Assembly (NCBI RefSeq): GCF_009834535.1
Contig: NC_045701.1
Coordinates: 32,550,001-32,614,000, forward strand
Direction of reading: 5' to 3'
Length of the DNA stretch: 64,000 nt
Source: Camelus ferus
Lineage: Eukaryota
The position numbers and the translations under genes were made by a program. Positions 1 to 12,096 of the stretch are shown in pieces. Within the stretch, counting starts at the first letter, position 1. Every line of letters starts with the position of its first letter. Below the pieces are notes generated by a model that was not told the origin of the DNA, did not search any database, and saw only the letters and a program-made list of their open reading frames with translations.

Positions 1-69
1 CTTGTGGCATGTGCCTCTCAAACAGAAGTGGAATTGAGCCCCTTCTCCTTTTTCTTCCTCTTCTGACAG

Positions 70-2957
70 GGTGAAAAAGACCTCCCAGAGATCAGCCGCC
101 GAGACTTGGACCTGCTGATTGCTGAGGAAGACGAAGCCATCTTGTTAGAGGAACGTCGTCGGCTGGGTAGGCCTGTCCGGGAAGGTAGGGCCTACCCAGC
201 GCTGGATGGTCAGGCCTCCGCACAGGCAGTCTGGGCCTGGGCCATGCTCCCATCTCTTCTCTTCTGTGTTCTGAGCCCTGATCCTCTCTCTGCAGAGGCC
301 AAGGAGGAGCTCCGGGCCCCAGAGGAGGAGATCGCAGTTCCCCCACCCTCACCTCTAGCTCTTGCAGAGTAAGGGCAGGAACCCCCAGACCAGGTACGGG
401 TCACTGCTGGGAGGGGGAGTGTCTTCATTTTGCTTGCCCACTTCCCCTCAGGGTACTTCCAGGCCGGGTCCCGGTCCCCGAGGAGCCGAAGCTGCCAGTC
501 TGGGAGCCCAGGGCCCCACTTCCTGGTGAGTATCCGCTATGCCTGGGTCCTTCCTGGGGGTCCAACTTGCTGAAGAAAGGACCCTCTAGCTTCTTGACTG
601 GGTGGCTTTGAGAGTAAAGGCTGCGGGGCAGAGCCAGGACCTTGAGTGTTGTTGCAGAGGTGACCCCCCCGCTGGAGCTGCGTCTGCCAGCCCCACCAAG
701 CCCAGAGGTGAGTACCCTTCCAAGCTGCCTTCTCTTGGCCCTCCCCTCCCAGAGCTGCTCACCGATTTTTAGTTTCCCTAAGCCCAAGGCCACCACTAGC
801 TTCCACAGGCCTTTATGCCAATGAGCAAAAGGTGCCCCTGCCCATGCCCCATTCTATCCAGCTTGCACTTCCCAGATGGACACCTCATTCAGGGCGGGAG
901 CTGCACCCGCTCCCGGAGGCCCCACCCAAGCCCTCTCCCAGGGCACCTCTAGGGGCGGGAGTGTGGGGCCTGTTTGCAGTCCACAAGAACGACAGGAAAA
1001 GGAGTAAAGGGTAGCCTTGCCCCTGCCTCCCCTCCTCATTCAGCGGAGGAGGCCCCCAGGCCCCCCACCTCCGGGGGCCCCACCTGCTCGCCGCCGCCGC
1101 CGCCAGCTGTTATTCTGGGACAAGGAGACCCAGATCTCCCGGGAGAAATTCCAGGAACAACTGCAAACCAGAGCCCACTGCTGGGAGTGTGTGAGTGTAG
1201 CCCAGGCTCAGGGGGGACAGAGGGAGGCAAGTGCACGCTGGGCCTTCTAAAGTCTCCAAAGTGCACATGGTGGGGGTTTGCCCACACACCACTTTGTGAC
1301 CCTGCCTGTCACATCCAAGGGACCGGCTGAGTCGTCCCTTTAGCAATAAGCAGAGTGGGCAGGGACAGGAGCCTGAGAATTGGAAGGCCAAAGGCCTTGG
1401 AACAAGACTTTGCAGGTGAGGAAGGGGCAATGGCTCCTTCCTAACTGGGCTTCCGGCCTTCCCCACCACGTAGCCGAAGGTGCAGCCTCCTGAGAGGATG
1501 ATCACAAGCCCTGCCGAGCTGTTCCGAACCCCGACTCACCGTGAGGAGTGGTGGGAGCTGGTGTGTGGGATCCTCTGAACCCATGTTCCTCGCTGTTGGT
1601 GTTCCTCACGCCTCAAACCCTCTCCCTGCTGCCTGCTACCCTCAGCTGCCCCGCTGCCCCCAGAGCTGCTGGCTTTCTGGACCCACTCTGCCCAGCCACC
1701 CCCGACAGCACTCAGGCGAAGGCCGCCCAAGGAGGCCGAAGAGGAGGCCGCAGCCGAGGAGGAAAGGAGAAAGGCTGAAACTCCAAGTGATATTGAGGTA
1801 ACTGTATCTTCACTCCTTCCCGAAAAGACCATCTGCTCTGCCCGGCTCCAGGGCTGCTGCTTCTTTCCACGCGAGCACCAGGACTGAGCAGGGCTGCTCG
1901 AACCCCGCCCCCCATGCTCATGGAAGCTTGGGGTCTTAGTTCTCTTTCTTTCATCCCCAGGCCCTGAGGGAGGCCCTGGAGCCCAGTGGGCCCCTCATGG
2001 TGTCAGGTAAGCACCTGGAAAAGGGATGGTGGAGGCCAGCACAATCCCAGGGAACCGGTCCCCAACTGCTAACAGCTCTCATCAAAGCGTTTTAACACGA
2101 GAGCACACACTGAGTGTCTTCAGTAACCCCCACCAACCCATCCCCTGCCCCCGGTACTTTTAACGAGTCACTGCACAGCTCTGGCACCCAGTTTGACCAG
2201 GTGGCCCCTAGGGCCTGACTGCCTAGATGCAGACAAACCCGCTCAGGACCTCCCTCTCCCCTCGGACAGAGATCTCCCTAGAAGCGGCTGAGGAGGAGAG
2301 GGCCCGCGTCAGCCTCGTCCCCCCAGAAGAGCGGTGGTAAGCAGGACCTGGCCCGCGAGCCTGGCCAGGTTGGGGAGGTGGCTGAAGGGGTGGGCCCTCA
2401 TCACCCTCACAGCCGCCCTTGCCCTGCTGTACCTCACTGCCATGTCCTAGGGCCTGGGCTGAGGTGGAGCAGCCGGAGCCCCCTGTGTTGCCTGTGGTGC
2501 CTGAACTCCCCGAGGTGCCTGTGGAGATGCCTGTGCCGCTGCCACTGGAGCCTGAGCTGCTCTCGCTGGAGGCCGTGCACAGGTACCAGGGAGGGTGGGC
2601 CGCGGTGGGTGGCCTGGGCCGGAGCCTCGGCCAATGGTCCTTGATCTCCACAGGGCAGTAGCACTGGAGCTGCAGGCCAACAGAGAGCCTGACTTCAGCA
2701 GCCTGGTGCCGCCTCTCAGTCCCCGCAGGATGGCTGCCCGAGTCTTCTACATGCTGCTGGGTGAGCTGGGCTCGTGTGCCCATGCGGGGCTGGGGAGCGG
2801 ACACACTGGCCAGAGACTGCCACAGGGACTCCCTCTCACCAGCCTTCTCCTCCCCTCTTCACCAGTGCTTGCCGCACAGGAGATCCTTCGTGTGAAACAA
2901 GAGAAGCCATACGGGCGCCTCCTGATCCAGCCGGGGCCCCGATTCCACAGCGGTTAG
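70..2957 (+). CDS. REC8: Meiotic cohesin kleisin REC8, 3' part (5' exons lie before the window)
   Basis: GT-AG exons 70-208, 296-368, 452-525, 658-707, 1044-1190, 1474-1540, 1646-1797, 1961-2006, 2270-2336, 2451-2582, 2654-2760, 2866-2957 (TAG). They splice in frame to give GEKDLPEISRRDLDLLIAEE, LLFWDKETQISREKFQEQLQT, PAELFRTP and the Rad21/Rec8 C-terminal domain AVALELQANREPDFSSLV...KQEKPYGRLLIQPGPRFH. AATAAA at 3085-3090. Confidence 0.96.
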
Positions 2958-3278
2958 AGCTCATTTACAAAGCGGTCAGGAAACTGACTGCGTAAAACTA
3001 GGTCCTGCCTCACTAGGCCCTGCCTGCCTCATTATGAACAGGCATCTCTGTCCTTCCTGTTCTCAGAGCTACTGTTCAAGCAGAAAATAAACTGCCTTTA
3101 TTACAGCCTGGTGTCATGACACTGTATTGTCCCACAGCACAAGGCAGCGAGTAGGGCTGAGACTCCAAGTGGGTATGAGGCCCAGGCTCAGAATCTTTGT
3201 TAAGGCATAAGCTGGAGCTGGGCTGAGAGCTGGGCCTGGGTGGGCTCTGTCCTCTCTGGCCCAGCTGCACCCCGTAGT

Positions 3279-6200
3279 CTAGGTGAGGCCCAGGACGGCC
3301 TGGAGCTCCTGGGCCTTGTCGCCAGGCAGGGAACCCAGTGCCGAATGGAAGCTGTCGGTGTGCTGTTTGGCCAAGAACGTCAGGAGAAGCAGCAGTGCCG
3401 CCTTGGTGTCTGGGTGGAGAGTGAAGAGGGAGAAACCTGGGGAGGGCTGGCCCCCAACTCCTAGCTGCCCCAGGCCCTCTGAAGCCCTGCTCCTCTGCTC
3501 TCCCCACAACCCTCCCACGACTGCCACCCTCACCTGGTGGGATCTTGTTCTTGGCCAGAATGAGGCTGTAAATGCGCAGGAGCTCGGGAGCCACATCTAC
3601 AACCTGTGGGAAAAGGGCCAGCTCAGGGGCAGAAGCACTGCTGGGCCCCAGCACTGGGGTAGGTGGTAGGAGCCCAGGAGAGGCGGTCTCCCAGTGGGGC
3701 CATCTGAGCTTAATACTGATTCAGACATCCTAAACTGTGAAACATGAGAAGGACCCATGAAATGGAGTGGAAATAGTCCTTTTTTCTTTCCTTTTTTTTG
3801 AGAGGGTGGGATTGTGACCAAAGACACCTGAAATCCTGGCCTCAAGACCAAAAGAAGCCCACACACCCAGGAGCTCCACCAACACAGTAGTTTCCAAAGG
3901 TGCAAGACAGAGGTAATGGAAACAGGAACACTGGAGCATGAGTCCAAAGCTAGTCACTTGGTGCAGACAAATCTCATTCAGAAAGCAGAGCTGCTCTGAT
4001 TCAAATAGATGGTGGGGTGGCCAGAGTCCACAGGCTCCATGGAGCACAATCTGAAAGAGTCCTGATCTAAGCAATCAGCCCAGGAAAGCTGTGACTTCTG
4101 GCTCAGATCAGAGAGTGGAAATGGCCAGGTAAGACAGAGCCTCTCAGAGGAAAAATGCTACGTGTCGAGAGGAAGCCCCTCCTCTCCCATTACAGGCCTG
4201 GCTACCAAGCCTTGCAGACCAATGAGAAAGCAAAGAGCAGCTTTAACCGATGCCAACTCTGCCTGTCCTTGAGACTGGAGCATCAAGCTTCCCTCCAAGG
4301 GCCCCAGCATTGGCGTTACCTGGTCAGGGCTGCTCTGGTACAGGAAGCTGAAGAGGTGCCCTATGGTGACCCACTCCTCCAAGTCCTCCTTCAGTGGCAG
4401 GGCGTGCAATAGGGCAGCCAGCACCTGGACGCAGACATGACTTTGGCCCCTAGCCATGCGCATTTCACACCCTCCTCGGGTTCCCGACCCTGCCTGATGC
4501 CCCGACCCCTCACCTGGGGCTCTGGTTTCCTTGTGGGACTGGCCATCAGCAGGCGGGCGAGTGCCCCACAGATGTTGTCACGGACACGATCGTGGCGCTC
4601 CCGCGCCAGGAGGGGCAGCAGGAGCCCCAGCAGCTTGGGGAAGTGTCTGGTCCCCAGTCAAGGAACAGGCACATGGAAAGAACTTTCCCATCCCAAGTCC
4701 CAGGGACACCCACCCTACCCAACCCCGGCTCCTTCCTGCAAGCTGAGGATACTCCTGGGCAGGGCGGCCCCCGTGCTCCACCAGCACACCCAGCCCAAAG
4801 ATGGCATTGCTCCGCACTTCGGGGTCTGCCTCCCGGGCGCTGCTCAACAGCACAGGAAGCAGTCGGGACACAAACTGAGCCGAGGCAGCACCCAGGCTCT
4901 GAATGGACTCCGCCAGCGTCCCCACCGCAAAGGACTTCTCAGCTACTGTGCAGCCCTGTTTCTGGTAGGGGGAGAAGTGCATGTCAGCCTAGGGCTGGGT
5001 GCAGGGCGCATGGGGTTCAAAGCCAGGGGACAGAGCACTCACCATCTTGCAGAGCAATAATGGCAGGAAGCCGGCAAAGAAAGGGGCAAAGGCATCTCCT
5101 CCCGCTGCAGCTGCCAGTGCGGGGATGGCCTCACCAGCGTGCTCGAGCAACATGGCATCATATTCAGCCTGTGGGGCCAGGTTGGGAGCTGGAGTACCAG
5201 GGCCAGCTCTGAGACTGGGGGCACCTCTCACCATGCTCCTCCACTGCCACAGGTGGTCCCCCTGGGGGCTGCCCCTGGTTGACAGGATCAGCGCCTCCCA
5301 GGCTGGGCTTGTTTGCAGCCCAGATTTTTCTCTAGGTCCTCTCACTCTCACTTATCAGTCCAAGCCTGCCCTGAATCCCCACCTCCAGGAAGCCTTCCTT
5401 AAATCCCTACTAATTTAGGAGCAGCATTGGTCATCCAAAGCCACTGACCAATCTTTCAGCAGCCCTAGTACCCCCAGGCCAAGCCCAAGCACACGGTCTG
5501 CCCTGCCCTGTGGAGACTCTCTGGTCCCAGTTTCCACCCACAGCTCTCACCTGGTCTTCCTCGTCTTCCTCATCGGTGTCCTGACAGGCTGTCTGCGGGG
5601 AAGGGGAGCTCAGCTCAGCCTGGGCTCTCCTGCCCCTTCTCCTTCCCAGGGGTAGAGGAAGGGGGAAGCCAGATAGGTGACCTCTGGCTATCCCCACTTG
5701 GGCCTGGGCCACCTCTTCACCCTGCAAGCCCCGCTCACCTTCCTCTGCAGCACAGCCTTGAGCACACTGCAGAGCTCAGCCAGACGCCCAGGGGGCTGCA
5801 GCGTGAGGCTCCCACAGCCACGCAGCACCACCGTCAGGGCCTCCAGCACGGCCATCACCACCTGGCGCTCCCGCTCCCCGTGCACTGCCTGCATGTAGGA
5901 CGGCACCACCCGGGCCAGGGCGGCCTGCAGAGCTGGGGACATGATCGGCTGAAGCTCTGACCAGGCCTGCCCCTCCCCAACCCCTCTGCTTCCAGAGGAC
6001 CCAGTACCCGCATCTCACCAGCAGTGTTGGGTTCCGAGGGGCAGCTTTGACAGGCTTTGTGCAGCGCGCAGCAGAACTGACCCAGGGCCTCATGGGCTGC
6101 CTTCCGCACATTCAGGTTAGGGCACTGCGGCACGAGGAGGGGGCAGGATGTGCCTGCTGGGTACAGGGCGAACACAGGGCCCCTAGCCCTCTGACCCCCA

Positions 6201-9200
6201 CCCCTCCGCCCACCAGCCCACTCACCTCCAATAGTCTGAACACTTCTTCGAAGACAGTCTCCATGTAGGGAAGGAAGGCCACACTGTAGACAGACACAGG
6301 GCCATGGGGAAGGGGTTCCTAGCAGGGGCTCCCAGTGCCGGGGATAGGCCAAGGCTCACCTGGCGTTCACAGAGATCTCCCCCAAGGCAGCACAGGTGTC
6401 TTCCTTCTCATCGAAGAAGGCATTTTCCACGCTATACCTGGAGTAAAGAGGGGATACAGCAGTGATCGGGTACCAGTAGGAGCACAGCTGACCCTGGGCC
6501 ATCATCTAAACCAGGATTCCTCCGACCAGAACGGCAGGCACCCCTCCACACCCTGAGATCTCTGAGTCCTCCTCCTCCTCCTCCTCCTCGTCCATGAGCT
6601 CCTCCTCTTCCTCCCCATCGCTCTCGTCATCAAACAGGAGGAAGGCGCTGCTTCCATCATACTGAGGCTGGACAGGAGAGGCACAGCAGGGAGTCTGGCT
6701 CAACTGGGCCCAGGAGAGAGACCCCATCCCAGGGCTGGCCTCCCCAGTCTCGCTGGGCCCATCTGCTCTCGGCTCACCACAACGCCCTCAGTGGAACGCA
6801 GTGACGACAGCATGAGTGTGGTGATTTGTGGCAGGTGGGGCGCTAGGCTCTCACCCATCAGCCCCGATAAGGCTGCAAACAGGCTGTACCTGGCGGAGGC
6901 AGGTGGAAGCTCTACAATCCTGTCGGCAGTATCTAGACAGGAGTGGGGAGCCCAGGGAACCCCTGGTCCAGAACCAGAGGACTCAGGTGGGGTAGGGGCA
7001 CAGCAGGGTGAGGGCTCACTTACGTGCACCGCCGCAAGTCAGGGTCGTCTACCTGGTCGCACAGGCCCAGCCCCAGCTGGCAGCATTCCTCAGCCAGGGG
7101 CCTCATGGGCTCCCCCACTGCTCGAGCCAGCACCCCAAGCGTCTCTGTGGGGGAGGGGCTTGGTTAGCACAGCAATGTGGAGCTAGGCCAGAGGTGAGTC
7201 GGGCCAAGGCCCAGGGGACCAGAGGTGGCAGCTAGGGTGAGTTTAGAAACCACTCCTACTCCTAGCTACAGTGTGGAGGGGAGGAAGACACCTGTGCTGC
7301 TCAGGGGCGATCTTCTCTGGGCATCCGCCCTTCCCTGGCACTGGGAAGCCCACCTGGGAGCTCCTCACTCACCCAAGCTCTGGATCCGCACAGGCTGAAG
7401 GTCCTCGTGGCCTGTCAGCAGGAACTCCCGCAGGTGCTCCATAATGGTGAGGAAGTAGGGCAGCATGGAGTCCTGGGCAGCTGTGGCTGCAGGGCAGCAG
7501 GACAGAATCAGAGCTGGAGGGTGAGCAAGGATCACATGCCATAGGCACCAGATGAACCCCATGCTCCTGCCTCCAACTCACCAATGGCCCCCAGGGCGCT
7601 CACAGCCAGCTCCTTGGCCCGAGAGCTGCTGGGTTCCCTTAGAGGCTGCAGCATACACTCCATGAGCTCCGGAAGGTAGGGCTGTACTTTAGGTCCTATG
7701 GGAAAGGCAGCTCGCTAACAACCAACCTAGGTCTCCTACTTGCCTCCAGGCTGACCCTCCTTGCGGGCCCACCACATCCCACTCCCCACCACAGGCAGTG
7801 GTTCCGGGAGCAGCACATCCTGCCCCCTTCAGCCAAGACTACAGCCCCGTCCCCTCCCTCGTACCCCCAAATGTCATCACTACCTAGATTCTCCACAAAA
7901 TTCTCTAGGGCATAGCAGGCCTTGGCCAGGTGGTGTGTGTGCCCAGGAGGCACTGACTTCAGGTAGGCGAGGAGCAGTGGCATCACCTCACCGGAGTAGC
8001 TGCTGATGTGGGGCTGGGGGAAGGAAAAAGGGGGCCTGAGTCAGCTCAACTGCAGGGCACACGCCAAAGTGTTGAGGGCAGCAGGGATGCCTGAGAAGAT
8101 GAAGCTGGGGGGCTGGTCCCTGGGACAGGCGGGAACTTTGAAATGGTGGCTGCCCAAATTTGGCCTTGCTGACCTGTAGGTTCTCTGAGAACTGGCCCAG
8201 AGCGAACAGTGCAGCATTGCGTACAACCTGCGACGGATCCTCCAGGCTCTTGCACACAACCTGCAGCAGTGGGGGCAGCAGCCTGGATGGGGCGGGACAA
8301 GAAGATGCAGACTGACAGGCAGGATCCGAGAGCCCTAGGCCAAGCCATTCTCCTGTTTCCCCTAGGAAAACCCAGCTTTCTGTCACCAGATGGTGAGCAC
8401 CACTCACTGGTCCCTATAGCTGGGGTAGCCATTTATTTTCTAAACCAGGATGCGTATGAGAGCAACAAGAAGATGCTATTGATAATTAGGCTTAAACAAC
8501 AAACAGACCAGCACTGCTGTGGGTGGTGTGGTCCCCCTCCCCACGGCCCATCCTCACTCCAGGACAGGGGAATAAATACCTCTGTCTGATATGGTCACCA
8601 GCTCCATCAGACAGCACCGCCAGCACCAGGAGACCAGCCTTGCGTTGGTAGGGGCTCTCACTCCTCAAGGCCTCTTCCAGCATGGGCATCTAGGAAAGGA
8701 GATGGCGCTCTCCTGAAACCCCAGCACGAGCCTGCCTGGTCATGCAGCAACAGGCCTCCACACCTACCAGGACACAAACATCCTCAGCCTCAGGGGACTA
8801 CGCAAACCTAGGGGTAAGAGTCACACTTACCAGCAGGGGACAGAGCTTCTCAGGGGGCAAATGGAGTGCCAACATGTCCACGACCTGCAAAAGAACAGGG
8901 AGACTTTGCTGAACTCCACCTCTGCCCCTCAACCTCCCCTAACCACCTAACACCCTGTCCCCAGGCCCTCTCCCACATCCCACCTGTACAGCAAAGTGCT
9001 TGGGTGTCTCCCCCACCAGCCCAATCTCCAGCTCTTCCTCCTCCGAATCCTGGTCCTCAGGATCCAGCTGGCCCAGTGGGGGCTCGGCAGCCATAATGGG
9101 GAAGAGGGTGTGCAGCAAGGGTGGCAGGAGACGATTTTTCAGTAAGGCCTGAAGAGGGAGGGCAGAATGGGCTCCCTGAGAATCTGCTCCGAAGATGGAT

Positions 9201-11488
9201 TCACATTAAAAATTCCAGCCGTTCAGGCCACAGGGGGTCCAGCCGGAGATTCCCAATCCCCCAGCCAAGAGCTGGGCTGAGTCCAGATCAAGTCTTGAAC
9301 ATCTTGGCTATGGTACTTTAGACACCCTGAGATGGACAGAAAGCCCCGGGAGTGAGATAAAGGACAGAGATGGGGATGGGGTGATGGGCGTCAGAGGGCA
9401 CTCACCTTGCTCTTGACTTTAACCAAGAAAGTGAGGCAGCAGAGAATACGCACACGTACTGCATCACCCAGGGCCACGTTTCTAGCCACCTGCCCGGAGA
9501 CCAGTGAGACTCAGAAATAGGCAAGGAAACTCCCAGTAGAACAAGCAGCAGGGATGGTGCCGACCCTGGGCTCACCTCCAGGCAGAATGTGAGGACCTCT
9601 GAGAGGTGGGAGGTGATGATAGGCACCTCTGACTCCAGCAATTCATCCAGGGCTTCCACAGCCTCACAGGCCTTTGCCTGCCAGACAGGAAAGTCATAGG
9701 GTTACTATCCTCTTCTTCAGTGGACCAAGCCGATTGCTTCTGTACTTTCCCTCCAACAGAGCTCCTATCCAAATGTCCTCACCTCATCTACAGGGATCAG
9801 ACTCTGCACAGCCATGATGAGCTTAGGCACCAACATTCGAGCAAGAGGCTGGAGGACACAGAATGAGCTGAATCACAGAGAGTACGATGTAGCCTAATCC
9901 CAAGCTCCAGAAACTGGCAGCTTTCTTGAAGTCTGGACATCGGGGGAGCCCACACACAGCCACCCACAGGTTCCCCTCGCAATTGCTAGGCAGGACAAGC
10001 AGAGAAAGTGTCTGAAATAGCTCTGCATCCCGCAAGGGTGAGGACATGAAAGCCCGAGGACAGGGAGCCAGGGAAGGTGAGGGCCCATAGCTCACCACAT
10101 CGTCAGTGCCGAGGTAAGGGGCCATTGTGGTCAGGGTGCGCAGGGAATAAAAGAGGAGCCCAGGAGAGCCCACCTCACCAAGGGTCTCATTCAGAAGCCG
10201 AAGAAGCTCCCGGTGGTGTGGTCGGAAGGCCTCGGGCCGGGAGGTCACCAGCACACTTAGCAGCAAAAGCCCCATCTGCCCAGGAGTTGGGGTTGAGAGA
10301 GAGAAGCTTACATGCTCTGTCCAGCTTCCAGATCCCTTCCTCCCACCAACCACGTGATAGTACCTCTCTCTCTGGGATGCGGGGGCTGTGTGTACTGTGC
10401 TGAAGAAGCTGCATGAGCTGAGGCCAGGCCTCCAGGCCTTCCTTTCGAAAAATGGTGGCTGAGAGCTGGGCCAGGCTAAGTCTCACAGAATGCCTGCGAA
10501 CAGGAGAGATTCCCCACCCCTAATCACCCTCCAGTACCCTCCCCTGCACACGATGGCCCTACCTCTGTTGGATGGCCAGGAGAGAAACCTCCGTGGGCAG
10601 AGGGTCTCTGCCAAGTTGGGACACATAAAACAGCAGCTCAGAGGGAAACTGGCAGCATCGTGGATGTGCAATCTGGTAAGTTCTGACCTCACTCATACTC
10701 AATTTCACTCCCATTCTTCTGACTTGTGTTTGGGAGACCATCACAGCCCACTCTCAAGAACTTTAGTCTTTAACACAGCCTGAGAATTCTTCCTCCATTC
10801 TTGGTCTAGAACTGAAGCCCCTGATCCCCAAGTCCCAGCCTGGCGCTGAAAAAGGCAGAAATCCCGGGAAGGTATCAGTCTGGAGTCAGTTAGGACCCGG
10901 AGAGGAGGCAGGTAGGCACTTACTCTGTCTCTCTCTGGAGGACCGTCAGGACCAGGGACTTGATGCTGGAACACAGGTGGCAGACGTTTGGTACCCAAGA
11001 GCCGCCTCAGCCTGGCCCCGCCCCGCCCCTGGCCCAGCCCACCTCTCCCGTTGCTCCGCCGCCAGCCGCCGCCAGCAGGTGCTCAGTCGTCTGCGGGTCA
11101 GCACAGCCGCGAACTGGCGGATCTGGGATAAGGAACCGGGCATGTGAGGGTCAGGGCAGGAAGGTGATGAGTGGGCCGCCGGGGGCAGGAACTGGGGCCT
11201 GACCAATGGCGTACTATGGGACGCTCAGTGGCAAGGGGCAGGAGCTTCACCTGAGGGTCGCCCGCTGAGGCCAAAAGGTCGCAGAGCGCGGGCAGGGCGG
11301 CGGGGTCTCGAAGAGCGGTCTGGAGCTGCTCGGTGGCCTGGGGGAGGCTGGGGGGTCAGTGTCAAGCCTTTCCCGCAACACCCCCCGTTCACTCCGGCCC
11401 GTTCCCGCCTGCCCCGTACCCGGCGGATGCGCTCGGTGTCCGGCAGCAGCAGCTCCCGCAGGATCTGTTCCAGGCCGGCGGGCTCCAT
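3279..11488 (-). CDS. IPO4: Importin-4 (HEAT-repeat karyopherin), complete, 1078 aa
   Basis: 30 exons in transcript order: 11488-11420, 11337-11251, 11122-11043, 10965-10924, 10493-10364, 10275-10096, 9848-9783, 9677-9576, 9489-9406, 9148-8984, 8884-8831, 8689-8580, 8282-8174, 8013-7884, 7695-7582, 7486-7373, 7144-7024, 6889-6778, 6667-6552, 6437-6360, 6283-6226, 6124-6019, 5932-5739, 5592-5551, 5168-5043, 4961-4753, 4646-4514, 4424-4320, 3603-3534, 3409-3279. Sum is 3237 nt. Starts MEPAGLEQILRELLLPDTERIRR and ends KAQELQAVLGLT*. Minus-strand AATAAA at 3096-3101. Confidence 0.98.
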
Positions 11489-11760
11489 GGCAGCAGCTGA
11501 GCCGCCGCTGTGGGGCCGGGAGGGGGGAGGGACAGCACGTGGAGGTTCTGTAACCCACTTCCGGCGGAAAGGGCGTTGCTCCGCGCCTCTCCCGTCGCCA
11601 GGGTGATTCAACTCGCTTCACACCGAGCTCGGGCCCGGCTATTTCCGTTGGGCTGAGCTCCGGCTGAGCCGCGGAAACAGAGCCCCGGTAATATAGGTTC
11701 CCAGAGCCGACAGTTCCCAAGTTCCGGGGAGAGTTCGAGTTCCGTACATTCCGTACATTA
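11400..11760 (-). promoter_or_regulatory. IPO4 CpG-island promoter with ETS/GABP site
   Basis: CpG-dense. CCGGAAGTG on the minus strand at 11556-11564, about 70 nt upstream of the ATG, with further GGAA cores to ~11760. Confidence 0.65.
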
Positions 11761-11840
11761 CTATGGGACAGTGCCCTTAACGGCAGGACACGAGTTCCTA
11801 TATCCAGACCAAACCCTCCAAATACAGGATCCTTTTTCTT

Positions 11841-11853
11841 AATAAATTTTATT
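11841..11853. terminator. TM9SF1 poly(A) signal (minus, 11848-11853) back-to-back with a plus-strand AATAAA (11841-11846)
   Basis: Sequence AATAAA-T-TTTATT, ~245 nt beyond the TM9SF1 stop codon. Confidence 0.7.
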
Positions 11854-12096
11854 TTGGTATTGTAAAAAGAAAAATCAGGACCCAAGCTAAAGGCAACTTA
11901 AAAAGTTCAAATATATACTCCTTATATAATAGAGATTTGTAATTTCCAGGCCCTCTGGGGAAGGAAGGCCCAAAGGGCAAAGGGGAAGACAACAAAGCCA
12001 TCACACAACTCCGTCACTCAATCAGAAGAGATGTGGTAAGAGATCAATGGGGCGTAAAGAAAGGGAGACAAGAACAATAGTTTTGCCATTCAAAAC

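Noticed and set aside
4437-5212. Two ~207-aa plus-strand ORFs antisense to IPO4
   Set aside because: Shadow ORFs of GC-rich coding exons.
11247-11885. 212-aa minus ORF spanning the TM9SF1 poly(A) site and IPO4 promoter
   Set aside because: It starts across a poly(A) signal, is low-complexity, and is in the wrong frame for IPO4 exon 1.
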